63,025 bases of DNA, filler included, from Reticulomyxa filosa (GCA_000512085.1; 26 parts of 26 records of this genome joined end to end with filler, not necessarily neighbours in it), one strand, 5' to 3'; counted from the first letter of the whole stretch, positions 24,004 to 36,023 are shown. Program-made: numbers and translations. Notes: a model not told the origin generated them from the sequence alone.

Positions 24004-25099
24004 TCAAAGTATAATACATTTGGCACAGCCCCTGGCCTGTTGTGGTTTTATCGTTTCTACTCCGTTATCCGAGTCATTGGTATTTGTTTGTTGCGTGGCG
24101 GCACTGTTCAACAATTTTGTTTTGTGGTTTACAGTTTAAGTGTTTGTCAAATCTTACATTTGCAAAACAAAGACAAAAACAAAAAAATACCTGCTAGCCA
24201 CTAATTGTTGGGCTATCGTTAAGAAGGCTTTATCTACATTGGAAGCAGTTTTTGCAGAAGTTTCAACAAAAGAACTATTGACACGTTGAGCATAAGCTTG
24301 AGCAACAGTCTCTTCCACTTCTCTAAGTTCGATCAGATCGGCTTTGTTCCCTACAACCAACTTGATGACATTGTCACCCGTACATTTATGGACTTCGTCC
24401 AGCCAATCTTGTACGTGTTCAAATGATGATTTTTGTGTTATATCATATACCAATATTACACCATGAGCACCGCGATAATATGCAGATGTTATTTGTCGAA
24501 ACCTTTCTTGTCCCTGTGATTGCGTTTTTTTTTTTTTTTTGTTGTTTGTTGTTTCTGACCCTCCACCCCCCCCCCCCCCCCCAAGGATGCGAAAAAACTT
24601 TTGCCCTCACAATTATTTTTTAGGAAATATGCTTTGAGATTTACTTTCAAAAATATGACCATGTCTTTTCTTTCGTCAAAAAAAACTACAAAGGAAGAAC
24701 ACATGAAAATATACGGATAAATAATTAAATAAACAATATATACATATAAAATTGCTTATTTAATTATTTAGGAAATGGCTTCATTGTTTGAGCTCTTAAC
24801 TGCTGTGTCCCATATTTGCAGCTTCACGGATTTGTTATCCATAGTCACCGTTCGGAATCTAAAATCCACTCCCACTGTCGATATGTAGTTGTCATCAAAA
24901 CTGTCGTCTGCAAAACGGTGCAACAGTGCCGTTTTGCCAACCGAAGCGTCACCGATCAACACCAACTTAAATAGGTAATCACTGTTTTACGCAAACATTC
25001 AATAGTATGAAGGACAGAAAGCCCAAACAAAGCAGAAACGTACACTCGTTCATATAGCACCACAACACAATTTACTCACTATTCTCGAGACTTAGTCAT
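24004..25099 (-). CDS. RAB1A: Rab1-family GTPase, SAR-type Rab1A paralogue; 4 exons
   Basis: Exons 25099-25080, 24981-24801, 24513-24191, 24103-24004 splice in phase: [24 protein letters not shown]...GVDFRFRT...WDTAGQERF.. ITSAYYRGA...GNKAD...ETSAK...GCAKCIIL*. Confidence 0.9.
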
Positions 25100-25447
25100 G
25101 GCAACTTTGATTAGAAAGCAAATGCAACGATATGATTTAAAAGTTTTAATTTATTGACATTCACGACAACCTAAAAAAACTTAGGAAACCCGTTTTTTGT
25201 CCGCCAGTACTAAAAAAAGATAAAATCAGAAAACTATTGCTCGTGCTGTTTTCCTTTTCTTGTCATGCGATTTGCTTTTTTGTGAAGAGTATTTGTTGAA
25301 AGAGTGTATATTTTGAGACGTGGTACAAGTATGCAAGTACCAGTTGAACTGTCTTTGTACTGAGTAGAAAGAAACAACCCAGACACCAAATACAAATTGA
25401 GACAAGGAACTCTTTTTTTAAATTGAAAAATACGTTAAAAAAAAAAA

Positions 25448-25880
25448 TTAGAAAGTCTCTCCATAAAAGCGGAAATTGCATTTTGGAGAGGACTTTTGAA
25501 TACATTCTTGTTCAATGACTTTGGCAAAGTCGTGTTGGCCACAGCAGATGACACCGATTTGATTGTCTTTTTCATCTCCCGAAACACCAAAAATACTTAA
25601 ATGATAATCGACCATTTCATCTAAAATGCGCGACCAATCGGCTCTGCCCAAATACACCTCCAGTCCATCAACACTGATTTTTCCAATTTCATTGTTGTCG
25701 AGCAATTGCAGTCCTCCACTTTCAATACCATCGTAATTTCGACTTGTGAGATAAATGCGAATGTTAAACTCATCCCACACGTCTCGCAGTTCTGTCAAAA
25801 AGGTCAAAAACCACTCTACTTTTTCTTGCTGTCGAAGCGACCAAATGAAATCAACGCGATGATTGTAAAAGTGTTCTCTG
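25448..25880 (-). CDS. NADPH oxidase / ferric reductase family C-terminal NAD(P)-binding domain (last exon)
   Basis: VDFIWSLR....EWF...L, IRIYLT, GRADWS.I, IGVICCG, F.FYGETF* match the NOX/RBOH C-terminus. Confidence 0.8.
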
Positions 25881-26109
25881 TTTGCAGTGACAAGCGCAAG
25901 TGTACTAGAGACATTACCAAATGCATGTTCATATCGACGTATACATATACATATATATAATTAAATGTACGTAATGTAATACTTTCATTATTGTAGAGCC
26001 ATGGGGGAGNNNNNNNNNNNNNNNNNNNNNNNNNNNNNNNNNNNNNNNNNNNNTTAATTAATTAANNNNNNNNNNNNNNNNNNNNNNNNNNNNNNNNNNN
26101 NNNNNNNNN

Positions 26110-26238
26110 AGAAAAAACTTATCATAAAACCAATATCATATTTAAAAACTACAGACTTGTAGATATTTTTTAAAAAAAAAAAATTAAGTTTAAATCTTTA
26201 TTTTTCAGTGACATTTAGGTTTTTTTTGCAATCTACTG
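26110..26238 (-). mobile_element. Tc1/mariner-like terminal sequence (copy 2), inserted in the PUB-like pseudogene
   Basis: Reverse complement reads TA|CAGTAGATTGCAAAAAAAAC..., later AAAAATATCTACAA.TCT.GTAGTTTTTAAATATGA.ATTGGT shared with 49130-49173. Confidence 0.55.
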
Positions 26239-26792
26239 TATAAAGCTTGTTTGTGAATTTGACATTTGATATGTTTAGGATATTTCAAAATATTCCACAA
26301 AATATGCAAACCCATTTCTCGATTTATTTTTAATCCATTTTCTTCTTTCAATCTATTATTTTACAAATTTTATCTTTTCTTATAGTCTACATTTTATATT
26401 TATATTTTATTTACATTTAACTCATTTAAATTGGAAGTTGCACAAATCTCTTTTAATTTCTCGAGTTATCATAATAAATTTGATTGTAATTTTTTCATGT
26501 CTGTGATATTGTTTCTTTTCCTAGATTATTGCCAAATTCTTTGAATAAATGTTGTTGTTGTAAATTTGTGCTGTGTTAAAATATATAAAGCAATGATTTG
26601 TTAAAAAATATTGAAATATTTTTGTTAGGAAAAAAGAGAAAATAAAATAATAAAAATTGATTGTTACGTGTTTTCTGTTAGCCAGATTAAGATATTTTTT
26701 GACTTTTCAGCATTTTGATCAAACCATTTCAATACATCTGAAATGATCTCTTCATTCATTTTGGAGAACGTCTGTCGAAGTTGTTTAAGCAT
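26239..26792 (-). pseudogene. CUE/UBA-like + PUB-like domain family pseudogene
   Basis: MLKQLRQTFSKMNEEIISDVLKWFDQNAEKS (CUE-like), then LHILWNILKYPKHIK..QI (PUB-like NI...P...KYR.I). Contains stops and frameshifts. The upstream region is repeated at 40420-40556 (+). Confidence 0.55.
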
Positions 26793-27680
26793 GATGAAGT
26801 TAACTGCAAAAGAAAACCCTTTTTTTGAACGCTTAAAAATTGAACTACACAATTGATTAGCAAGAATGTTGTTTTAAAAAGAAAAAAATTTGACAATATG
26901 CCAAGATCTTCACATTTCATAAACACCATATTTGGACATTGTTTAATAAGGACAATAACAATTTTCAGCAAAAACAAGCACTCAAATGAAACCAAGAGTA
27001 TTTAAAAAGTTTATAATCGACCGAATAAAAAAGTTAGTAATTGATCATCAAACAATGGAATCAATTTGTCTTGAGGGTTGTAATGGTTTTTATCACTCCA
27101 GCTACTTTTCTAAGAGAATATACTCTTTGAAAAAACTGTATTTCTTTAGTTTCGTGCTGTGTGCTCTGTATTAGACAAGCCAAAAGAAGATATCAAAATA
27201 ATTGTTTATCCCTTTTTGCGAAAAACTATTTAATAGAAATTTCTGTCTACATTATAATTGATTTTTATCACTTTTTACTTAAGAAGTACTTAGAATGTTG
27301 TTGAAACGAGAAAAATTATACGTTTATGAAGCACTATATACTTTTTGAAGTTTATGCATGCACTTTTGATCCAAAGTACCATCTTTTATTCTATTGTGAA
27401 CAAAGACCATGCGTAAATGAAGATAAAAAGCACATATATCAAGAATATATTATAACAAATAGTCAAATTTCAATGTTCCAAAAACTTCTTTATAGTATTA
27501 AAACATTCTATACTTTTCAAAATAATCTTGTGTGATATAATCAATATTATAACAAAATCATAATGCTGTTTACCTAGCCAAATTATACACTTTTTTTTTA
27601 CTTTTAAAAAGATGACTTTTTTTTATACTTCACCCTTTTAAAAAATCTAAACTACATCATAGTTCATCAACATTAACAAC

Positions 27681-27799
27681 ATGAGCAACCAAACTTTTCA
27701 AACTCTGAAAGAGTTGCCCACTCCACTTTTTCAATCTCAATGTGTGTTACAAAAGCACGAACTCATCATTTGTGGAGGTTATGAACAAAGAGCTTGTTA
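27681..27799 (+). CDS. Kelch-like family gene 5' end (truncated by contig edge)
   Basis: MSNQTFQTLKELPTPLFQSQCVLQKHELIICGGYEQRAC matches PFQTLKKLPIPLDQTQCVLHKHELLICGGHNQRAC in the 42753-43982 gene. Confidence 0.85.
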
Positions 27800-27899
27800 N
27801 NNNNNNNNNNNNNNNNNNNNNNNNNNNNNNNNNNNNNNNNNNNTTAATTAATTAANNNNNNNNNNNNNNNNNNNNNNNNNNNNNNNNNNNNNNNNNNNN

Positions 27900-28795
27900 T
27901 TGGGAGCCCAGTTCGCTCAAGTCTTCATACACGTCTTGCATTTCATTGTTCAGCGTCTCCATTTGCACTTGCAATGTGTCATTTTCTTCGCGTAATCGTT
28001 TCGCTTCGGCCACATCTTCTCTTTTTATTAAATTATTATTATTATTAAAAAAAGCAAAAAAGAGATAGTTTTTTTTTAAATAAAAAAAAAAAAAAAAACA
28101 ACAAACTTTGTTGTCAATTTCAGATAGCAATATATCTTTATTGCTAAGCTCATCTCGCAACGATTGCATGGTGTTTTTGTATTGATCGGCCAAGTCTTTC
28201 TTTTCTTTTTGATACGTTTGCAGCTGCGCAGAGATCAACGCACTGGCATCGGCCTCCTTCTTGCCCAAGCTGTCCAGCGTGGTCAACAGCTTAGCTTTTT
28301 CGTCTTCACACGTCCTCAGCTTCGAATTCGTCTCCGATATTTACTTGTTGCTTTCACTTATAATGCTCTTTGCACCGAGTCAATGTCGTCTCATAGCTGC
28401 CCTTCATCTCTTCCACTTGGCGCTCATACTCCCTCTTCGTTGGGTGTTTATCTCATTTGTTTGTTGTTTTGATTGAGATATTTCACTTTCCATTGTTGAC
28501 TATTCATTTTTTTTTTTTAGTTAAAAAAAAGGGACCTCAAAAAATTTGAAACTAATTCTTGCTTTAATTTTTTAATTTCTCTGTCTCTTTCTCCTGCTGT
28601 GATTATTGCCTCTTTCTCTCTTTGATCTGCACTTTTTTCTTGTTCTCCTCTATTTTCTTCTTTCAACTTATGCTTCAGTTTTTCGTTCACTTTGCTCAGT
28701 TCGTCAATTCTTTCAAACTTTTCTTGGATTGACTTCAATTCCTTTGTTCGTGCCGAAATCTTACTTCCTGAGGCATCACGCACTGAGCGACGATC
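27900..28795 (-). CDS. Long coiled-coil protein (internal exons)
   Basis: E/K/Q-rich heptad segments in three exons separated by poly-A/T introns. Confidence 0.6.
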
Positions 28796-29240
28796 TGTCC
28801 CACAATCCATCCGGAATTCTGTAACGCTATTTATACTTTCATTGTCATGATTTAGCACAGCACCAAGGAGCACAAAGGATGACCGCAGCAATTAGTGAAC
28901 GTTTGTATTGTCCTGGATTAAATGAAGATATAAAGAAGTTTTGTTCAAATTGTTTTACTTGCCAAGTATCAAAGGGTGCGCCAATAGTAACGTTGGAGAA
29001 GTCCAGCATTTCACCGCTGATAGGCCATTTCAAATTGTATGAATTGACACTGTATGTCCATTTCAACAAACCAAAAATAAGTGCAGATATGTGATTACTA
29101 TAATGGACCGGTTCACGCGCTACGTATCCGTTATTACACTTAAAACGAATACAGTTATCGAAACAACACTAGCATTTGCAAGCGAGTAGGTATATAAACA
29201 TGGAGCACCTGATACAATAATATCATACAATAGCACAAAA
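28796..29240 (+). mobile_element. Ty3/gypsy-type LTR retrotransposon integrase remnant
   Basis: HHCC zinc domain HCHDLAQHQGAQRM...I.ERLYCPGLNEDIKKFCSNCFTCQVSK, then MDRFTRYV and KHGAPDTIISYN (degenerate rve core). Contains stops and frameshifts. Confidence 0.85.
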
Positions 29241-30126
29241 CTCATTTTTGTCTTGTTTTTACTTGTTTCCTTTCTTGTATTGAAATTATTTTTGTCAATT
29301 TAATTTTCCTTTACTGAAGTTGCTTTTTTGGAACTAAGTTCCTTTCGTATTACACTTAGTCTTCTCAATATTACTACAAATTTCAAAAAATTGAGAAAAA
29401 TACGTAGTACAAATATTATTCTAAATGATGCATAGTAATAATTGATTCAATCGTTATCAAGAAAGATATTCTCTTTTTACACTTTAACTAGTAGGGCAAC
29501 GACATACTAACTGTGATATTAAAGTGACATGAACCTTTTTTATAACAATAACTTTTCATTTCATTTCACCAAAAGTCTTTTCTTTGTTTTTTATTTTCAT
29601 TTTTGCATTGTGTCTAGTGATTTATTTTATTATTTAATTTAATTTGTTTTATTGGAAGTCAGTTCAATAATGAATAAGTATTTAAAGTGTTTAATTAAAT
29701 TTACAAAAAAAATGTATAAAAAAGACCAAATTTTATACAAGATATTATGATCAACTTTGTTACAAGTTTCTAGAAAGAAATTTTTTTCGAAAATGCAGAT
29801 CGAAAACTCAGTTATCGAAGAATACAAATTAATTTGGAATTTATTTGAAACATATAAAGCAATAGTTATCTTTTAAAATATTATAATTGTTTTCCAGTAA
29901 AAAAAAGAAATGTACCATTTCTACCCCTTTTTGTGAAAGGTGGAAAGATACCTTCGAATTTTTCAATATTTAAGAGTTTTTGGCGTCTAAATTTCTTGTT
30001 TGCCCTAAAAGAAGGAACAAACTCCTTTTTCCGTCAGAAATTGGATAAATTGAGTAAAATTTCAACGTCTCCGTTCTGCACGCTTCTAAGCTTTGGCAGA
30101 ACTTGGCAAGTCAGGACTGAAAGAAA

Positions 30127-30489
30127 ATGAACACAGATCCCATGGAAAATGCGCATCACGACAAAAGTGAAGATGAGCAATTATTGCGATTAACAATTCA
30201 GCAAGCGCTACAAGCACAATATGTGTTAGAGCAAACAAGAGGAATCGACAGCTTTTTAACTCCATTTCCAGGTTTATTTTTTTGAAATTAAAAAACCATT
30301 CAACTTGTTAAAAAAAAGCCCTTTTTTTTTTTTTTTTTTTTTTTTTTCCATATAAAAAAATTTCAAAACAGAAGCGTTAAAAAAGAAAAAAAGAAAAATG
30401 AAACCGTCGTGGGGAATGTGCAAAGCGACGAAGCGGAACATAGTTTGTCGTCGTTGGTATCACAAGCACTGAATGTTAAGAACAATTAA
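30127..30489 (+). CDS. Small protein or gene tail with UIM-like motif
   Basis: EDEQLLRLTIQQAL resembles a ubiquitin-interacting motif. Probable intron 30272-30371. Confidence 0.35.
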
Positions 30490-30726
30490 AAAAGGACAGA
30501 ATACACACAAACATTTATATATGAATATGTGTTTATATACATATGTTATGTGTATGTCAAATATTCAAATGCATGATTAAAATTTTAATTTTTTATATAA
30601 ACATATAAATATATATGTATTTTTTNNNNNNNNNNNNNNNNNNNNNNNNNNNNNNNNNNNNNNNNNNNNTTAATTAATTAANNNNNNNNNNNNNNNNNNN
30701 NNNNNNNNNNNNNNNNNNNNNNNNNT

Positions 30727-33702
30727 AAATTATCCGAATTAAGAATTCAAACAAATATCAAAAAAATCAAATTGGCATTTCAACAATATTGTCAAAATTT
30801 GGGATTTGAAATGTTTTTTCAAGGAAATCAAGTTGCAACAGAAAATGATTATAATGAAAATATTTGGAGTCAATTGGATCCATCAATGGAAATGAGTATT
30901 AGACATATGGATGAAAAATTAGAGTTAAAAACAAATGAAGATAAAATATCTGTTGAAAAAACACATGATATTTGGGAACAATATTTCAATGGTGATAGTA
31001 TTGCAAAGTATATATTGAGAAGAGTTGGTAATAATAAATATCAATTTATACATAAATCATGTCAAGAATATTATGCTTCACAAAAAATTATATTTGATAT
31101 TCTCTCATGGAAACCAAATGTTGTTACTGTTGATAATCAACAATTCCAACAACAATTTGAAACACATGTTCAAAAATTATCTATCGATCGTAAATTATTG
31201 AATGAGGAATTGGGGATCATTCAATTTATTGCAGAGAGAATTCATGACAATAATCCAATATTTGTAAATTTAAAATCAAGATTATTTAGGATCATTGAAT
31301 CATCAAAAATTAATGAAAATGCTAGTATTGCAGCAGCAAATGCAATCACTATACTCAATTCGGCTAATATTAACATGGACTATCAAAATTGGAATAATAT
31401 AAAAATTCCTTATGCAATTTTAGATCGCGCATTTCTTGAAGGAACTAATTTTAGCAATGCGAATTTGAATCATGTGCATTTTCATCAAGCTTGTTTAGCT
31501 AAGGTTAATTTTACAAATGCATCAATGAATGATATTTACTTTGGAGAATATGCATATTTAGAAGGACATTCAGATGAAGTAAATGGAATTAAATTTTCGC
31601 CAGATGAAACAAAAATATTATCTTATTCAAACGATAAAACAATTCGAATATGGGATGCATCATCAAGAAAACAACTTTATGCACTAGAAGGACATTCATA
31701 TGGAATATATGCAGCTGAGTTTTCACATGATAATTCCAAAATTGTGTCATGTTCATGGGATGAAACTATTCGAATATGGGATATATTATCAGGTCAACAG
31801 ATTCAACTGTTGGAAGGGCATTCACGGATTGTAGAGTTAGTAGAATTTTCATCAGATGATTCTAAGATTGTATCTTGTTCACGGGACAAAACTATTCGAA
31901 TATGGGATGTATCATCTGGGAAACAAATTCAATTATTAAGTGGGCATTCAGATACAGTTAGAAATGTGAAATTTTCACCAGATAATTCTAAAATTGTTTC
32001 ATGTTCAGATGATAAATCTATTCGAATATGGGACGTATTTTCTGGAACACAACTTCTATTGTTAGAAGGACATGAAAGTAATGTAAATGGAGTACAATTC
32101 ATATTCAATAATGGACCAAAAATTATATCATACTCAAAGGATAAGACTATTCGAATATGGAATGCATTAACAAGTCAACAACTTCAATTATTGGAAGGAC
32201 ATACGGATAATATAAGAGGAATTCAATTATCACCGGACAGTTTAAATATCTTATCCTATTCAGAAGATAAAACAATTCGAATATGGGATTTGTTATCTGG
32301 AAAACAATTGCAAGTTCTAGAAGATCCTTCAAGTTCTGTATCTACAGCAAGTTTTTCATTTGATGGTTCCAGAATTGTATCTGGTTCATATGATGGTATA
32401 CTTCGACTATGGGATGTATCATCTGGAAAACAAATTCAAGTATTAGAAGGACATTTATCGTACATATCCAATGTAAAATTTTTTCCAAATGAATCCAAAA
32501 TTTTGTCATGCTCAAAGGATAATACTATTCGAATATGGGACATTTCTTTAGAAAGAAAAATTCAGTTAACAGAAGAGTATCTAGATGTTATAACAGCAGC
32601 ACAATTTTCTCCTGATGGATCTAAAATTGTATCAGTTTTTAAAGACAAAACAGTACGATTGTGGGATGTACAATCAGGAAAACAAATTCACGTATTTGAA
32701 GGTCACTCAAATCATGAAATTGAAGTATTATTTTCACCAGATGGTTCTAAAATTGTATCATATGCAAATGAAAACGCAATCCGAATATGGGATGTATTAT
32801 CAGGAAAACAACTTCAATTATTGGAAGGACATTCAAATTGGGTGAGAAAAGTGCAATTTTCGCTAGATGGTTCCAAACTTATATCCTATTCATGGGATGG
32901 AACAATTCGGATATGGGATATATCATCAGGAAAACAAGTTCAATTATTGAATGCTTTATCTAAAGCACAATTTTTGTCAGATGGATATAGAATTATATTT
33001 TGTCTACTTGATGGTATAATCAAATTATGGGATGCGTTATCTAATAAACAAATTCAGATATTTGAAGGACATACAGAATCCGTATATAGGATACAACTTT
33101 CGCCAGATGATTCTAAATTTGTATCGTGTTCACATGATAATACAATTCGAGTATGGGACATATCATCCGGAAAGCAACTTTTTTCAGGCAAAATAAGTGG
33201 ATTTGTGAATGAGGTAATATTTTCTCCAGATGGTACTACAATTGCATCTTGTTCACGTGATAAAACAATTGAATTGTGGAGTGTATTGACTGGAAAACAA
33301 ATCCAAATATTAAAAGGACATTCGGATATTATACGTGGAATAAAATTTTCATTGGATGGTTCCAAAATTATTTCATATTCATATGACAAAACGATTCGAA
33401 TATGGGATATTTCTTCAGGAAAACAAATTCAAGTATTAGAAGGACATAATAGAAATATTAATTGTATTCATTTATCACCCGATGGTTCAAAACTAGTGTC
33501 ATGTTCTGATGATAAAACAATGCGATTATGGAGTAGTGATAATGGTAAAATTGTTGATGTAACTGAGACTAGTGTGGTAAATAATATTTGGAGAGTAGGT
33601 ATTCAAAGTGGTTTATCAATGAAAGGAAGTATTTGGAAGGACGCACAGGGCTTGGAAGATGAACAAAAAATGCTTGTGAAACAACGTGGCGGAATATTTT
33701 GA
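30727..33702 (+). CDS. NLR-like STAND protein, 5'-truncated: NACHT-associated winged-helix region, pentapeptide repeats, 16 WD40 repeats
   Basis: Open from the contig edge. YQFIHKSCQEYYA (F.H.S.QEY..A of NACHT proteins), AAANAITIL, pentapeptides (AILDRAFLEGTNFSNANLNHV), 16 GH...WD repeats counted by eye, C-terminal GL...QK..VKQRGG. Confidence 0.9.
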   Translation, partial: KLSELRIQTNIKKIKLAFQQYCQNLGFEMFFQGNQVATENDYNENIWSQLDPSMEMSIRHMDEKLELKTNEDKISVEKTHDIWEQYFNGDSIAKYILRRVGNNKYQFIHKSCQEYYASQKIIFDILSWKPNVVTVDNQQFQQQFETHVQKLSIDRKLLNEELGIIQFIAERIHDNNPIFVNLKSRLFRIIESSKINENASIAAANAITILNSANINMDYQNWNNIKIPYAILDRAFLEGTNFSNANLNHVHFHQACLAKVNFTNASMNDIYFGEYAYLEGHSDEVNGIKFSPDETKILSYSNDKTIRIWDASSRKQLYALEGHSYGIYAAEFSHDNSKIVSCSWDETIRIWDILSGQQIQLLEGHSRIVELVEFSSDDSKIVSCSRDKTIRIWDVSSGKQIQLLSGHSDTVRNVKFSPDNSKIVSCSDDKSIRIWDVFSGTQLLLLEGHESNVNGVQFIFNNGPKIISYSKDKTIRIWNALTSQQLQLLEGHTDNIRGIQLSPDSLNILSYSEDKTIRIWDLLSGKQLQVLEDPSSSVSTASFSFDGSRIVSGSYDGILRLWDVSSGKQIQVLEGHLSYISNVKFFPNESKILSCSKDNTIRIWDISLERKIQLTEEYLDVITAAQFSPDGSKIVSVFKDKTVRLWDVQSGKQIHVFEGHSNHEIEVLFSPDGSKIVSYANENAIRIWDVLSGKQLQLLEGHSNWVRKVQFSLDGSKLISYSWDGTIRIWDISSGKQVQLLNALSKAQFLSDGYRIIFCLLDGIIKLWDALSNKQIQIFEGHTESVYRIQLSPDDSKFVSCSHDNTIRVWDISSGKQLFSGKISGFVNEVIFSPDGTTIASCSRDKTIELWSVLTGKQIQILKGHSDIIRGIKFSLDGSKIISYSYDKTIRIWDISSGKQIQVLEGHNRNINCIHLSPDGSKLVSCSDDKTMRLWSSDNGKIVDVTETSVVNNIWRVGIQSGLSMKGSIWKDAQGLEDEQKMLVKQRGGIF

Positions 33703-34322
33703 TGTCTTTTTTTTGTTGTGTAAATAGAATTCATTTTTTAATTATTCTTGTTAAATACAGTTACTCAGCAAACAAAATTGTTTTATCTTAAGATTATCTT
33801 AGATGAGATAAGAAATTTCAAAGTTTATTTCAAAAAAAGTAATTTATAACAAATCGTATTGGCATTATATAAAATGGAAAATATTTTGTGCCTATTGTTG
33901 CAATGATAGCGACACATAGAATAGTAATCAAAAGCTAATTAAAATATAGTTAAGCATTCTATCCATTCAAAAATTTTGTCAAAAATTACATACACACATT
34001 TTCACTTAAAGTTTTTTTTACCCACCAAAATTCAACTTTGTAAAAATACATAAAACGCAAATTATCCCCATAACCATAACACAAGTTGTATTTTTGTTGT
34101 TTTTCTCTTTTTCAATTCAATAAATTTAAGATATTTATTCTATTATCTCCTTTGATCATATACCCCAAATTCAATAACTTACACTATTCTTTATAAAAGT
34201 ACGCTGCCATTTATTTTAATTTTTCTAAAGAGAAAAAATAAAAGAATGAACTTAAACTCATCAATTAAAGTTATATTCAAGTTGTTTTTAGGTTTTTATT
34301 CTTTATCTTTTTTTTGAAACAG

Positions 34323-35062
34323 TCAAAAGAAGAAGAAATCCAAATAATTATTCACCGAATATTAAATATTAAATTAGGATGGATCAAAGATTTTGACAAA
34401 CTCGTTGCCAATTATGTTAAGTCTATTTCATTTAGTGTTAGTCATAATATTTAAATGTTTATTTAACATAGGTATCTACTTTCTTCACGCTTGACACGTT
34501 TATTTCGACATCCAAACTACTTAAAACATTCATTGGACATGCTGGTGTTGTGTGTAGTATTGATTATTCGACACTTGATGGTGATCAACTCATTTGTTCT
34601 GTATCACATGATAAAACAGTTCGTGTATGGGATTTTGATAATAACAAACAGATTCAGTCATTCACCGAACATTCAAATTATGTGTTTTGTGCGAAATTTT
34701 CACCATATCACTATTATAATTATCACCAAAATGTCATTTGTTCTTTATCATTTGACAAAACCATTCGTTTATGGGATGCTGAAACATCAAAATTGTTACA
34801 TTTTTTCAATGGACATGAAGATGTTGTTTGTTGTGTTGATATTTTATCATTACGAAGTAATAATAATAATGATGGTAATAATAAAATGAATAATATTGGT
34901 ATAATTGGTGGAAATGGATATGCGGTTTGTTCTGGATCATTTGATAACACCGTTCGAATATGGGATATTGAAACAACAAAACAATTCAATGTATTCAAAG
35001 GACATGAACATTGGGTTAGGAGTGTAAAATATGGATCAAATGAATTATTAAATATCGAATAA
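34323..35062 (+). pseudogene. WD40 family paralogue, internally deleted
   Basis: Module exon 34323-34415, then exon from 34472 with WD repeats and NNIGIIGGNGYAVCSGS. Jumps from YGSNELLN directly into terminal-repeat sequence with a stop. Confidence 0.8.
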
Positions 35063-35159
35063 GAATGAATTGTATGTAATGAAAGTAAACGAAGTAGTAT
35101 ATTGTTTTAAATTTATAGAATTACAAAAGAAAGATTGAGTCATAACATAAATTAGCTCC

Positions 35160-35390
35160 ATAATCACAATTTGATTTTTGTTCATTATCCTTTTTTTTTT
35201 CAATGATACAAATTTAAAATATTTTATTCAATTGTCTTCTTTGTCATCTCCATTTATTACATATAATTCATTCTTATTTGATCGACTATCCCTTGATCCA
35301 GAACATATCACATTGGAAGTAACAGCTTTAATATTATTCTTTGTTTCAATATCCCATAAACGAATGGACCGAAAACTGTTTAATTTTTTT
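35160..35390 (-). pseudogene. WD40 family 3' fragment in inverted orientation
   Basis: SIRLWDIET, SNVICSGSRD, RSNKNELYVINGD; collapsed by deletions. Confidence 0.7.
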
Positions 35391-36023
35391 CTCTCAAAAC
35401 CGATGAAAGGATCACCAAGAATACTTTGACGAAAGGAAATAGAATACAATAAGTTTGTGTTCTTTTTTAAAATCGGATTATTTGAAATTGAGTGAGATGT
35501 GTATTCCATACTTTTAAAGACGTTCATTTAAATGGAATGAAAGGACAAAACAATGTAATAAAAATAATAAGATTTTGAATTGAAACAAAATCTGCTTGCT
35601 GTTATATTGAAACAAGATTTTATTGATTCTAAAAATCTGAAGTACTTGTTCCGTTTACTCTGTATTTGTTACAAAAAGTACTCACATGAAAGAGGAAAAA
35701 ACAAAAAATCTGGAACTACACTTTCTAAGAAACACTTTCATAATAAGTTACCTTTACCAAAATTTTATTTTACTTTCATTAATGCGATTTTTTTGAAAGA
35801 TTTGCGCAATTTTTTGACATATTTTTCGCTGCATCGCAAAAGCGCATGCCTAAAAAAATAATACAAACCGTTTTCTTTTAAAAAATAATTATTTGAAATA
35901 TAAAGCGCTTACATATTTCATTANNNNNNNNNNNNNNNNNNNNNNNNNNNNNNNNNNNNNNNNNNNNTTAATTAATTAANNNNNNNNNNNNNNNNNNNNN
36001 NNNNNNNNNNNNNNNNNNNNNNN

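Noticed and set aside
31550-33540. ~126-nt DNA periodicity resembling a repeat-spacer array or DGR
   Set aside because: Explained by coding WD40 repeats; no reverse transcriptase, template repeat or adenine-specific variation seen.
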